Shown piece by piece: positions 1 to 13,600 of a stretch of 64,000 nucleotides of DNA. How positions within the stretch are numbered: the stretch's first letter is position 1; every line of letters begins with the position of its first letter. This DNA comes from Takakia lepidozioides (Eukaryota > Plantae > Bryophyta), in assembly GCA_030704615.1 (NCBI GenBank), contig CM060734.1:14260001-14324000 (forward strand), given 5' to 3'. The position numbers and the translations under genes were made by a program. The notes beneath the pieces were generated by a model. It was given only the letters and a program-made list of their open reading frames with translations, searched no databases and was not told the DNA's origin.

Positions 1-493
1 CTGAAGATAGTGGAAGAGATTCTACATAGCCAAAGATCGGAGCGTCCACAATCTGAGTCTCCCATAAGCGACAAGATCTTCACTATGGTGGATCTCACCA
101 TTGCCTCTCCTTCCCCGGTGAGCCCTTTCTTCCCTCTTTGCTTTCACTGCCTTACATGCTTCCTCTTTCCCGTCTTTCCCAGCAGGTGCTGGGCTCTAAC
201 TATATGTCTGATCAGTGGCCGATTCAGTCCAGTTCTCCTGCTTATGAACAAGGTGTGGAGCCCTGTCACATCGCTCCCATTGCTTGCCTGACTGCTAGGC
301 CTTCCTCTCCTCCTCGGTGTGGCGCAGCTTCTCCAACTGAGTATTATCCATCCCATGCTATTCCAATCAGACCCCTCGTGGCTGTCTTCACAAAGAGACC
401 CCTGCCGTTGCGCCTCTTTTTCATTCACTGCTTCCATTTCTTTCAGCCATCAAATCTTGGGAGGCTTCGCATGGGCTGCCTGTTCTTCCCCAC

Positions 494-1700
494 ATGAGTT
501 GGTCCCTCTACTCCTGGAATATTTGGGGTATGGGTTCAGATACCTCCATGCCCAAAAGAAGACGTATCAAGCTTTGGGCTTCCTCACTTCTGCCCTCTTC
601 TGCCATCATCTTTCGCCAAGAAACAAAGCTGGACGACGTTAAAATTCGTTCCATTGGTAACTCTTTCTGGCCTTCCCACATTGCCTGGTGGAATCCCGCA
701 ATTTCTTCTTCTCGTGGTGGTACCGCGGTCCTCGTGACTCCCTCCCTTGCTGCTTCAGTCCATGAAGTCCAAATTTGGGTGCAAGGACGGGTTCAGCGTG
801 TGATCACTGAGCAGTCCTCCCCCTTTGGTCTTTCAACCTTCATCAATGTGTACGCTCCAAATTCTTCTCTAGATAGGGCTGCCCTCTGGGATACTATTAG
901 GGACAAGGTTATTGGTGACTTTAATATGGTTGACTGTTTCAATGATAGATTGGCTCACGCCTCGCTATCTCTTTCTGATACTGAGCGGACGGCATGGGAT
1001 TTGCTTTGTTTCTCAGTAGGTCTGTTGGATGTTTATGTGGAGAATTCTGATGGCCTGAAATACACATGGTCTAATTTGAGACACCTCCTCATCTCTGTAT
1101 GGCTCGCTTGGATAGGATCTACTGTATGCATTCTCCATTAGTCTGGTCTCGTAATGTGCCTCAGGCCCCCATCCTCCCTGATTTTGATTATGCCATTGTG
1201 CAAGTGGACTTCAAGCTCCAGGGCTGCATGCCAGAGGACGGGGTTTTAAACTGAACACCTCCATCTTGAGAAAGCTCGACTGTCTGCAGCTCCTGAAAAA
1301 AGAATGGTCAGAGTCAGGCCTGGGTTACCAATCTCCCTCCATTACCTTCTTGCATAAACTAAAAGCCACCAGGAAGCTGGCGCAGTCCCTTTCCAAATCC
1401 TTGGCAGAGGAAAATTCCAGTCGTCATAGAGCTCTAACCAAGTATTTAAGACACTCCCAACAGAGGATTGAAAAAGACAGGACTGGCCCGGTTACCATGG
1501 AAACCTACCTTGAGGCAAAGAGAAATATGGCTAGCTTTGCTCTGGAGAAGGAAAAGTTTTTCCGCATCAAAGCTGGGGTTAACTGGTCTCTAAAGGGCGA
1601 GAAAATGAATGGATATTTTTTCCAGAAGGTGAAGCAGAGAAGAGAGGCTACTATGCTGCAATCCATCACTGACCCCAATGGAGGCACCTTCACCAATCCC
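494..1700 (+). mobile_element. L1/Tx1-type LINE ORF2 5' fragment (AP-like endonuclease plus linker), frameshifted and truncated before the RT
   Basis: ORF 494-1141 has EEP motifs SWNIWG, QETK, NVYAPN, GDFN and YTWSN; the RLDR motif is shifted out of frame near 1105. ORF 1266-1700 has the L1 linker pattern W..KGEK..GYFFQKVKQRR. Sequence becomes unrelated after ~1700. Confidence 0.85.
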
Positions 1701-4314
1701 AAGTTCAGGGTGAGGAGCGGACAGCAAAATCGGCTACGTCCTAAGCCCCCTCACCGCTTTTCGCGGAGCGTTTTCGACGCTTCATGGCCAGCGATTCTCT
1801 ATTCTCTACCCTTTCTTTTTCTTCCCTTTAATTTTTTTTAATTTTTTTAATTGTTTTAGAAAAGAGGGGGATTGTAGCCCTGATTTACTTTATTATAAAA
1901 TATTTTTTGGGGGGGCAAAAAGCCCTTACAAGTTATTTGGAATTATTCGGGGAAAAAAATTAAAACCTCTTCTCTCATCATAAGGCATGTGAGGCTAGAT
2001 TCCGGGGCCGGGGATATACTCCTCTTTTAGTCCGGTATTACCAGTATGAGGGTTGTAGCACAGTAGGGCAGTGACATGCTTGATAGGACGGAACCTCGTA
2101 CAACGATCAACCTTACTTTCACACTTTCATCCAAACACCACAAGGTACACCGTACAAGATCTGTAACCAAAATCCACCACCCTGATTTCTTGAGTGCTTT
2201 GATTTATATAGTACTTAGGCATATAATCCTATCCAGCCAAATGGCCATCGTTCATTGGCTGGCCAGATGCCATCCCAGCTAGGCCACACAATCAGGCCAC
2301 CTCATCTAGTCTAATCCTAATCTAACTGTTAAACTAAAAACAACATCAACTTAATATAGCCAGCTGTACCGGCACCTAATGCGTTACGGCTACTCTGCCA
2401 CCATCCATCCAGGATTAACTATGAGTTTCATTCATCGTGTCATTCGTTACTTTGAATGAGCATCACCATCCTGCTCCATCCGCTATTTCATTCATCCATG
2501 CCCAAAAGCAAGCAGGTCGGAATCTCCACATCACATATGTGAGGCTTGCTGGCCCCTCAAGCCAAGCAAGCTCCAGCGAGCTACAAAGGAAAAGAGAACA
2601 AGGGAACTATAACAAAACTAGACAAAAAAACTAGGCATCCGAGCAGGCTTGGGATGAAAAAACCAAATGAACAAAACCTTGCCCTGCAAGGTGGGCGAAG
2701 GACAAAAGATCAATTTGGAAAAACCCCAATCTTGGTACAATGTGATGCCATCACTAGCACGAAACAACAAACGAATGTTAATTATGGCTCAGTGCTGACA
2801 GATTGCAGACGAGAGAGGGCAGCCCAAGTTGGAGTATAAATCACCTGTCTATTTTCCACATTCAAACATGTCAAGTCAAACGTTAGAGTGCAGGGAACTA
2901 ACAAAGACACATGTAGAATAAAACTATAATCAACCCTAAAGAAAAGGATAAATCAGTCTAGAGTTCGTTCGCTGGGGAAAGCATACAATTGAATTGCTAT
3001 GTCGTGATTATAACACTATATCTACTTCTAATTGTCTCCCAACAATAAATGTCTTAATATTCATCTCAATTAAATTCCTCTCGACACTTCATCAAATAAT
3101 CCTCATTTTTTTCTTTCACACAAAATTCTTCCCATTAAACTCCAACATCTCATCATATTAACATGAAGCTTACAGAGTATTTCATCAGATCTTTGTCTCA
3201 TTACACTACTCATATTTTTCTTATCTCTTACTTAAGCTCCTCAAAATGACAAATTAGCATCTCATGTGCTAGGGCCTCGGCACTCTCGCTCGAATGACCA
3301 TGAATACATCGATTCAGCTGGACTCATAGTGTCCTACTCTAACTACCATAACTACCTAGCACTGATTCAATGGGCTAACATCTATCCTAATAACCCTATT
3401 CCTACCAATTATGATCCCCATTATTTGAATTTACTTCCGTTCTAGCATCCTACCCAATTCTATCAAATTATCGAACCTCATAGTGCAATTTCACATCCAA
3501 TTCTTGTTCATTTGCACTCCAATTCTAAATGATACTCCACAAAGAATTTTCTATTATTCTACATAGCCCTACTCCTAGTTGTGCAGCGCCCCCGCAAACA
3601 CTATCTCTTAAAGAAAAACTAAGTCATAATCTTCTTGGCAGGTGGTTCCTCCACTTCATCGTCTTGACAATCACAAGTTTCTCAGCCATGAACATGTCTT
3701 CTTCCTTCATCATAATGTCTCCACCATTTTCTTTAAGATAAAAAAAATTGCTGATAATAACTTCAGAAGAAACTAATAAAGAGCCCCACTCCTATTTCAA
3801 ACTATATCCTCTTGTAGAATCACTCTATTTTTCTTATGCACTACATCCCCTCAAGCTTCTTCACCATTACATACATGAATACATGACATACTCCCACACT
3901 TATCTGTGTGCGTCCTCGCAAACAAATCACTTTATGCGGATGTATTGTGGGATATGTTGTCCTATGCTTATATATTAAGCACGACTTGAAGTCCTTACAC
4001 TCAAAAATACTTCCTTCCAGGATCCCAAATTCTTGAGCTTCATCGTTGCCAATTTATAAAATGTCTTATATGAAGATATTTTAAAAGTTTTTTAATTGGA
4101 TTATCTCCTGAAGGAATTAGCGATATAGTATCGAATGAATGTTTAGCACCAAGCTCCTTATTAAATGTTGAGATGAACTCCGAGGCAATTTCATGATCTT
4201 GTAGACTAGGAATCCAATTGTTTTCATAGAAGACCGCATTACCATTTGTTGATTGTATCATCACAGCTAATCCAAAACTGTGAACCTTTTGTTGAACATT
4301 ATTCGAAATTTGAA

Positions 4315-6824
4315 ATGTACTCGATTGATCTCGTATTGTTCTGGGACCTGTCAGATGGTACATTGAACATGCTGGCCAAGTCTTGAAGCGAACGAAAATT
4401 TGTTCATTGCGAAAAAAGAAATCATGCAATGCGTGCACGGCTATTGCACCCATTGAACGGATGTGGTTAAAGCCCATCTTTTGCCAGCATGTGCTTCAAC
4501 ATGTGTGCGGCGCATATGCAGAGACACAACAAAAGACAAAAATCATTTGTCTCCCCATCGACGCGCTCAGCCCTCAACCTATTCGAGAATTTAAATGAAT
4601 TTGAAGCCAGTAATTAGGTCAACACTGTCTTTTCAGTGGGGGTTTCTGCCACGTATCGATTTTATTTTTGGCTCAATTTTGTTCTGCGACTTCAAACCTC
4701 CCAGTGCTACATCCTTGCCAAAATTTGGACCAATAAAAAAAAATCCAAGAAAGAAGTGTTGCCTTCGCTTGCTATTGCAGAACTCTTTATGAAGAGTGCA
4801 CGAAGTAGAACACAAATCAAGTTTGGTGTGCAAAACAGGGAAGAAACTGTGGTTCTCGGTCCAAATGAATTTTGTTTCCCTCCCGAATTCGGCACACATG
4901 TTGCATATGGAGTCATTACACATACGGTTCAGAAACAGAATGAGAAAAGAATCACGAGCACGCGAAACGGATGGTTGCCCATCCAAATCATTTTTGTTTG
5001 CTTTCAAACTTTGCCTGTATGTTTGGGACACCTTCTCACAGGTACCCGACCAATACGAGATCAATCAAAATTCATACGGATGGTTGCTTATCCAAATCGT
5101 TTTTGTTTGCTTTCAAACTTTGCCTGTATGTTTGGGACACCTTCTCACAGGTACCCGACCAATACGAGATCAATCAAAATTCATACGGATGGTTGCCCAT
5201 CGAAATGATTTTGGTTCCTTTTGAGACTTGGCCAGTATGTTCAGTGTACCATCTAAGAGGTCCCAGAGTAATATGAGATGAAACGAAATTTGTTGAATGG
5301 GCCAACGGATGGTTACCCATCCAAATGATTTTCGTTCGCTTCAAGACTTAGCTAGCATGTTCAACGTACCATCTGACAGGTCCCAGAGCAATAGGAGATC
5401 AATCGAAATTCGTTCAATGGGCCAATGAGGCATTCACCTGTCATCCAATTTTTGTTCATTGCGAAAAAAGAAATCCTGCAATGCGTGCACGACTATTGCA
5501 TCCATTGAACGAATGTGGTTAAAGCCCATCTTTTGCCAGCATGTGCTTCAACATGTGTGCGGCACATGTGCAGAGACACAACAGAAGACAAAATCATTTG
5601 CCTCCCCATCGACGCGCTCAACCCTCAACCCATTCGAGGGCTCATTGAACGAATTTCGATTGATCTCCTATTGCTCTAGGACCTTTCAGATGGTACATTG
5701 AACATGTTGGCCAAGTCTCGAAGCGAACGAAAAATCATTTGGATGGGTAACCATCCGTTGGCCTATTGAACGAATTTCGTTTCATCTCATATTACTCAAG
5801 GACCTCTTAGATGGTACACTGAACATACTGCCCAAATCTCAAAGGGAACCAAAATCATTTCGATGGGCAACCATCCGTATGAATTTGGATTGATTTCGTA
5901 TTGGTCGGGTACCTGTGAGAGGGTGTCCCGAACATACTGGAAAAGTTTGAAAGCAAACAAAAATGATTTGGATAGGCAACCATCTGTTCCGTTCACCCGT
6001 TGAATGAATTCTATTGGATCTGCTATTACTCTGGGACCTGTTGGACTGTGTTTTGCGTGCTCGTGATTCTAATCTCATTCTGTTTCTGAACCGTATGTGT
6101 AATGACTCCATATGCAACGTGTCTGCCGAATTCGGGAGGGAAACAAAATTCATTTGGACCGAGAACTACAGTTTCTTCCCTGTTTTGCACTCCAAACTTG
6201 ATTTGTGTTCTACTTCGTGCACTCTTCATAGAGAGTTCTGCAATAGCGAGCGAAGATGTCCAACACTCTTATCTTGGATCCGTTTTTATTGGTCCAAATT
6301 CTAGCAGGGATCTAGCGGTGGGAGGTTTGAAGCCGCAGAACAAAATTGAGCCAAAAATAAAATCGATACGTGGCAGAAACCCCCAATGAAAAGACAGTGT
6401 TGACCTAATTATTCGCTTCAAATTTATTTAAATTCTCGAATGGGTTGAGGGCTGAGCGCGTCGATGGGGAGGCAAATGATTTGTCTTTTGTTGTGTCTTT
6501 GCACATGTGCCGCACACATGTTGAAGCACATGCTGACAAAAGATGGGCTTTAACCACATCCGTTCAATGGGTGCAATAGCCGTGCACGCATTGCAGGATT
6601 TCTTTTTTCGCAATGAACAAAAATTGGATGACAGGTGAACGCCTCATTGGCCCATTGAACGAATTTTGATTGATCTTGTATTGCTCTGGGACCTGTCAAA
6701 TGGTACGTTGAACATGCTGGCCAAGTCTCAAAGCGAACGAAAATCATTTGGATGGGCAACCATCCGTTGGCCCATTGAACGAATTTCGTTTCATCTCATA
6801 TTACTCTGGGACCTCTTAGATGGT
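4315..6824. repeat. Complex satellite array, left block (~110-125 bp subunits plus a ~620 bp unique segment), mixed orientation
   Basis: Recurrent GATGGGCAACCATCCGT / TGGCCAAGTCTC subunits and a repeated long segment (e.g. CGTGGCAGAAACCCCCAATGAAAAGACAGTG). Orientation flips near 4398 and 5639. The many near-identical short ORFs are repeat artefacts. Confidence 0.95.
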
Positions 6825-9800
6825 CAGATTCTTTGTGTTTCCTATGGATGATTGCATGGCATGTAAATCTGATTACAACCTCTTATGGTAATGATTTCCC
6901 TACCCTAGACATAGAACTTGGTCTTGGGACATGGAATAAGAGGTGGGAATATTACTCTACCCTGTCATTGGAATTATACACCAGCCCCAGATCTAAAACA
7001 GATCATGGGGCAAAAAACATGGTGTCAATAAGTGACTTGATGTGCAAAATAGGGCAGCTGATTATACCCTGTTGTATGAGCTGCCAAATATCAGTCTGTA
7101 ACCCTGCTTTGGTGATGTTCTTTATGTAAAGAAATGCTCTTATTTTGTTCTTAAGCCTTCTATGATCATAAATGGCTTCTTTAAGACAAACAGACATTTC
7201 TAGCCATGAACAGTGATCAATGGATCTTTATTTGGACATGGATACTTACTGCTCAGTCACTTTGGTATGTCCAATGATACAAAGAACCCAAAACTATACT
7301 AGTTTTTGGGCCAACAATAATTTAGGATGGTTGGTTATGCCTTGGTATGTAAGCTGACCAAAAAATACAGACTGAATACAATGACATGGCATGTCATGAA
7401 TGGCACTTTTTAGCATGCTGAACAATGGTTTCCTGCTATGAACAGTGGTAATTGAGTCTCTAATTTTTCCCACCCCCCCACCCAGAGATTTCATTGACTT
7501 TGAAGTCTGGGATTTGTCATAAAGCTGACTTGTGAATGAAGAATGGTTGATAATGCCTTGTTATGAGGCTGATTTGTCGTTAATTTTACAATGACCTTGT
7601 CAGGTCTTTGTCCATGTCTTGACAAGACATAAGTATTTTCCCTCTCTGATTTAGACCAATGTACTTGGTGGTTCTTGTACACATTATCAACCAATCTCCC
7701 TTCTGTTTTCAGTTTTATGTTTGATTTACTAACGCCTTGGTCTGAGCATGACAAAAGGTTATCAAATATGTTCCTGATTGAAGTGATGAACCCAAGGCAA
7801 TGGGAAGGCCAAAGCCATGAGATATCAGCCTCCTCTCCCGCCATGACCACGGTGTGGAGCAAGCAAGTCCTTCATAAGGTAAGATCTTCTCCAGCAAAAA
7901 TATGTTGGCTAATTGGGCATGGAGAGTAAGGCATCCTTGAAGGTACCTGAGATAAGCATAGAACATCTATAGGGCTTCTGAATGCTGAAATTTTGAGCTA
8001 GGCCTTGGTAAGACAGCTTGCTGGAGTAGACGTGTACACCTTATACATTATCCGGTCAATGCACATTACTCTTGTTTGCCGGTCCCCTATAGCCGATGCC
8101 TTATGTCAAATTTAGATACCTTATGATAAGAATGAGCTCCATTTCTTTGGCTCAAATGTTTCTATGTTTCTCCTGTATGGCTTTGCTCTTTATAGCACCA
8201 TAAAAAATACCCAATTCTGATATGCTGCTGGTAGAGGTTTCGTCTGAATACAAGGTGGTAAACCCCTGCCAGACTTCATTACCTAAGTCCCAATACCTGC
8301 CCCCTTTGGTTTTGTACACATGTTTTACCCAAAACAAGGGGTGGGTAAACACTAAAAGTTTGATATAAGATTCTTTCCTGATTGTTACTTTATGACCTTG
8401 GGAATTGAGGGTTCTTTCACTGGCCTCTTCTTCCGGTCACCAGAGCTTATATATAAACTAAAAGGTAAAACTCTACATTTTGATGTATGTGTTGATGTAC
8501 CTTCGTTTGTCACAACTTGCCAACTTGGAACATATTGCCAATGGCAGAAAATTCATTACCTAAACCTGCCCCCATTGGTTTGTACACATGTGGTACCCAA
8601 AAGCATGGGCTAGGTAAACAATAAAGGGTTGATACAAGTTTCTTTCATGTTTGTTGCTTCATGAATTTCGTAGTTAAGGTCCCTTCATTGGCCTCATCTT
8701 TCCATTACCAGAGCTTATGTGTAGCTAAAAGGTAAAACTCTACATTCTGATGTAAGTGTTGATGTACCTTTGTTTGTCACGGCTTGTTTTGTTTTTTGAC
8801 CTTGGAGAGTTGAGATTGTAGGCATGTTTATTTCTGTGGTTCCTTTGTAACCAGAAGTAAAAGCTACAAAGAAGAGGGAGGTCATTTATGTGATGGGGTC
8901 TGGTATGCACTCCCTTACGGGGTGAGTGCATACCACACTCACTCCATAAGGAGCTGCCATACCTGGGGATGGTTGGTGGGTTCCCTCTCTCTCCCTCTCT
9001 CTCCCTCCCTCCATGGATCTGGCTGGTTCTTTTAAAACTTGATAGTTTAAGACCAGTGGTATGTTACCTAACCCCTAATTAACCTTATTGGAATTTGGTT
9101 AATTTCGGTTATTTACATTACCCGGATTTTTGGTATAAGGTCAGGATCCCAATGGAGCCATCCTATTACTTAATTTTTTCATCCATAAATGGATGTCATC
9201 CTCAGAGGATGACACAGATGAAAAATCGAGAGACAATTTCATCCACCGCGGATGGAATCACGATAGATTTCATCCTGCGCAGTAGAATTCATCCCGTGTG
9301 ATGGATTTCATCCTGAATGGATGAAATCGTGGGAAATCGCGCTTCATCTCTTCCCTGCCCTAACCCTCTGCACGACGATCGTGCTCAAGGGATGGCTGGA
9401 GCTGAGAGATGGTGGCGGGGGGCGCATGGAGCTCGATTCAGGCGCCCTTGAATGCTATGGAGCTGCGCCATTAAGGCATTTAGGTGTTCTGGCAAGATTC
9501 AATACCTTCTTCCCTTCTTGGGGTGAGCAATGGCGGCAGTACCTGCAATTTCCCTGTGGCGGTTGTCTCTAATGCTTGGCGGGCGATCTACCTGTGTTGT
9601 GGTTGCTTGCTGTGACCTTCATTGATCATTAAGATACAAGTGGCGATCTTAAGGCCTCAGGGAAGTGTCTGAACTCTTTAAGTTTGGGCGATTCACTTTC
9701 TTTGTGCATGCTTTGTACATTTTGTTGTGCATTCTTGTTTGCTGGTCTTGAGAGCTATGGCGCAGGCCTCTCTTCCACAAGCCATCAAGGTATTGGCTTG

Positions 9801-10674
9801 CATATGCTCTGTTTCCTTTCTGCCCCTGCTTTGTATTGCATGTTGTACAGCGATAACAAGCGTGAGACCTGCGATTCACCTGGTTTTTCCACATCGTCTC
9901 TAACTTAATTGTTTCTGATTGCGTGTGATGGGACCAGGTGAGGGTCCTCACTTAACATGGATTTTAAAGCTTGAAGTTGATTGGAATCGAGTTGAAGAAG
10001 CGACGCCATCTGTATCTTTGGGGGAGAACAATCCTTTCTTCCTCTTTCCTTTGATCTTGATGGCTCCTATGTTTAACCTAGTATGGTGGACAATCAATCA
10101 TTAGGGCGACTATCTCTTGTTCCCTATGGCATACTGATGTGACAATGGAGCAATGATATGACAAGCTGATGGCTTTAAAGAGATCTAGTAACATGCTACA
10201 ATGTAGGGCAGACCTATTTTCATGACCAGACAGTGTTCTTGAATGTACAAGCATTGGAAACTTAGCCTCTTTTAGAAGCTGGTTACTTTAGGACACTTAA
10301 TACCATGCCAAACTGATATGGATGGATCTTTTGTGGCCAAATCTGGTCCTTGGTAATTATATGCCCTTGAATGTTTACCTATTTTCCAAAATGGTAAGAC
10401 ATTGGTAGATGTGAAGAGAATGATTCAGGCATTGTATTCAAGTTGCTTTAGGATAAATAATACCAAAGTAACCTGCAGGCCTGATGGGATGAGCAATTCA
10501 GATTCTTTGTGTTTCCTATGGATGATTGCATGGCATGTAAATCTGATTACAGCCTCTTATGGTAATGATTTCCCTACCCCAGACATAGAACTTGGTCTTG
10601 GGACATGGAATAAGAGGTGGGAATATTACTCTACCTTGTCATTGGAATTACACACCAGCCCCAGATCTAAAACA
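6824..10674 (+). mobile_element. 3.85 kb insert with 177-bp direct terminal repeats, probably a circularly permuted decayed element
   Basis: 6824-7000 matches 10498-10674 with 4 transitions. The satellite subunit GATGGT(acactg)AACATACTGG is split exactly at the insert. No TG..CA ends, PBS or PPT. Confidence 0.7.
8293..8780 (+). repeat. Diverged tandem duplication, ~270 bp period
   Basis: ACCTGCCCCC..TTGTACACATG..CCAGAGCTTAT..AAAAGGTAAAACTCTACATT..GTTGATGTACCTT occurs at ~8293-8515 and ~8563-8780. Confidence 0.85.
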
Positions 10675-13600
10675 TACTGGCCAAGTCTCAAAGGGAACCA
10701 AAATCATTTCGATGGGCAACCATCCGTTCAGCCATCGAAAGAATTTCGATGGATCACGTATTGGTCGGGGACCTGTGAAAGGGTGTCATTTGGATGGGCA
10801 ACCATCTGTTCCGTTCACCCGTTGAATGAATTCCGTTGGATCTGCTATTACTCTGGGACCTGTTGGACTGCGTTTCGCGTGCTCGTGATTCTTTTCTCAT
10901 TCTGTTTCTGAACCGTATGTGTAATGACTCCATATGCAACGTGTGTGCCGAATTCGGGAGGGAAACAAAATTCGTTTGGACAGAGAACCACAGTTTCTTC
11001 CCTGTTTTGCACTCCAAACTTGATTTGTGTTCTACTTCGTGCACTCTTCATAGAGAGTTCTGCAATAGCGAGCGAAGATGTCCAACACTCTTCTCTTGGA
11101 TCCTTTTTTATTGGTCCAAATTCTAGCAGGGATCTAGCGGTGGGAGGTTTGAAGCCGCAGAACAAAATTGAGCCAAAAATAAAATCGATACGTGGCAGAA
11201 ACCCCCAATGAAAAGACAGTGTTGACCTAATTACTGGCTTCAAATTCATTTAAATTCTCGAATGCGTTGAGGGCTGAGCGCGTCGATGGGGAGGCAAATG
11301 ATTTGTCTTTTGTTGTGTCTTTGCACATGTGCCGCACACATATTGAAGTACATGCTGGCAAAAGATGGGCTTTAACCACATCCGTTCAATGGTTGCAATA
11401 GTCGTGCACAGATTGCAGTATTTCTTTTTCGCAATGAACAAAAACTGGATGATAGGTGAACGCCTCATCTGCCCATTGAACAAATTTCGATTGATCTCGT
11501 ATTGTTCTGGGACTTGTCAGATGGTACATTGAACATGCAGGCCAAGTCTCGAAGCGAACGAAAATCATTTGGATGGACAACCATCCGTTCCGTTAACCCG
11601 TTGAATGAATTCCCTTGGATCTGCTATTACTCTGGGACCTGTTCGACTGCGTTGCGCGTGCTCATGATTCTTTTCTCATTCTCTTCATGAACTGTATGTG
11701 TAATGACTCTATATGCAACGTGCGTGCCAAATTTGGGAGGGAAACAAAATTCATTTGGACTGAGAACCACAATTTCTTCCTTGTTTTGCACTCCAAACTT
11801 GATTTGTGTTCTACTTTGTGCACTCTTCATCGAGAGTTCTGCAATATTGAGCGAAGACAACACTTTTTTCTTGAATCCCTTTTTATTGGTCCAAATTCTG
11901 GCAGGGATGTAGCGCTGGGAGGTTTGAAGTCGCATAACAAAATTGTGCCAAAAATAAAATCGATACGTGGCAAAAACCCCCAATGAAAAGACAGTGTTGA
12001 CCTAATTATTGGCTTCAAATTCATTTAAATTTTCGAATGGGTTGAGGGCTGAGTGCGTCGATGGGGAGGCAAATGATTTTGTCTTCAGCTGTGACTTTGC
12101 ACATGTGCCGCACACATGTTGACGCACATGTTGTCAAAAGATAGGCTTTAACCACATCCGTTCAATGGGTGCAATAGCCGTGCACGCACTGCAGGATTTC
12201 TTTTTTCGCAATGAACAAAAATTGGATGACAGGTGAACGCCTCATTGGCCCATTGAATGAATTTTGATTGATCTCCTATTGCTCTGGGACCTGTCAGATG
12301 GTACGTTGAACATGCTGGCCAAGTCTCGAATCGAACGAAAATCATTTGGATGGGTAACCATCCGTTGGCCCATTGAACGAATTTCGTTTCATCTCATATT
12401 ACTCAGGGACCTCTTAGATGGTACACTGAACATACTGCCCAAATCTCAAAGGGAACCAAAATCATTTCGATGGGCAACCATCCGTATGAATTTGGATTGA
12501 TCTCGTATTGGTCGGGTACCTGTGAGAGGGTGTCCCGAACATACTGGCAAAGTTTGAAAGCAAACAAAAATGATTTGGATGGGCAACCATCCATTCCGTT
12601 CACCCATTGAATGAATTCTATTGGATCTGCTATTACTCTGGGACCTGTTGGACTGCGTTTCGCGTGCTCGTGATTCTTTTCTCATTCTATTTCTGAACCG
12701 TATGTGTAATGACTCCATATGCAACGTGTGTGCCGAATTCGGGAAGGAAACAAAATTCACTTGGACCGAGAAGCACAGTTTCTTCCCTGTTTTGCACTCC
12801 AAACTTGATTTGTGTTCTACTTCGTGCACCAGCAGAACAAAATTGAGCCAAAAATAAAATCGATACGTGGTAGAAACCCCCAATGAAAAGACAGTGTTGA
12901 CCTAATTACTGGCTTTAAATTGCACATGTGCCGCACACATGTTGAAGTACATGCTGTCAAAAGATGGGCTTTAACCACATCCGTTCAATGGTTGCAATAG
13001 CCGTGCACAGATTGCAGTATTTCTTTTTCGCAATGAACAAAAACTGGATGATAGGTGAACGCCTCATCTGCCCATTGAACAAATTTCGATTGATCTCGTA
13101 TTGTTCTAGGACCTGTCAGATGGTACATTGAACATGCTGGCCAAGTCTCGAAGCGAACGAAAATCATTTGGATGGACAACCATCCGTTCCGTTAACCCGT
13201 TGAATGAATTCCCTTGGATCTGCTATTACTCTGGGACCTGTTCGACTGCGTTGCGCGTGCTCATGATTCTTTTCTCATTCTCTTCATGAACTGTATGTGT
13301 AATGACTCTATATGCAACGTGCGTGCCAAATTTGGGAGGGAAACAAAATTCATTTGGACCGAGAACCACAATTTCTTCCTTGTTTTGCACTCCAAACTTG
13401 ATTTGTGTTCTACTTTGTGCACTCTTCATCGAGAGTTCTGCAATATTGAGCGAAGATAACACTTTTTTCTTGAATCCCTTTTTATTGGTCCAAATTCTGG
13501 CAGGGATGTAGCGCTGGGAGGTTTGAAGCCGCAGAACAAAATTGAGCCAAAAATAAAATCGATACGTGGCAAAAACCCCCAATGAAAAGACAGTGTTGAC

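Noticed and set aside
1700-4310. Possible LINE/SINE tail and decayed minus-strand coding sequence
   Set aside because: No motif I could assign to a family; left unannotated.
6824-7000. 177-bp repeats as LTRs of a TRIM/LARD
   Set aside because: No 5' TG, PBS, PPT or TSD, and a reading frame runs through the repeat.
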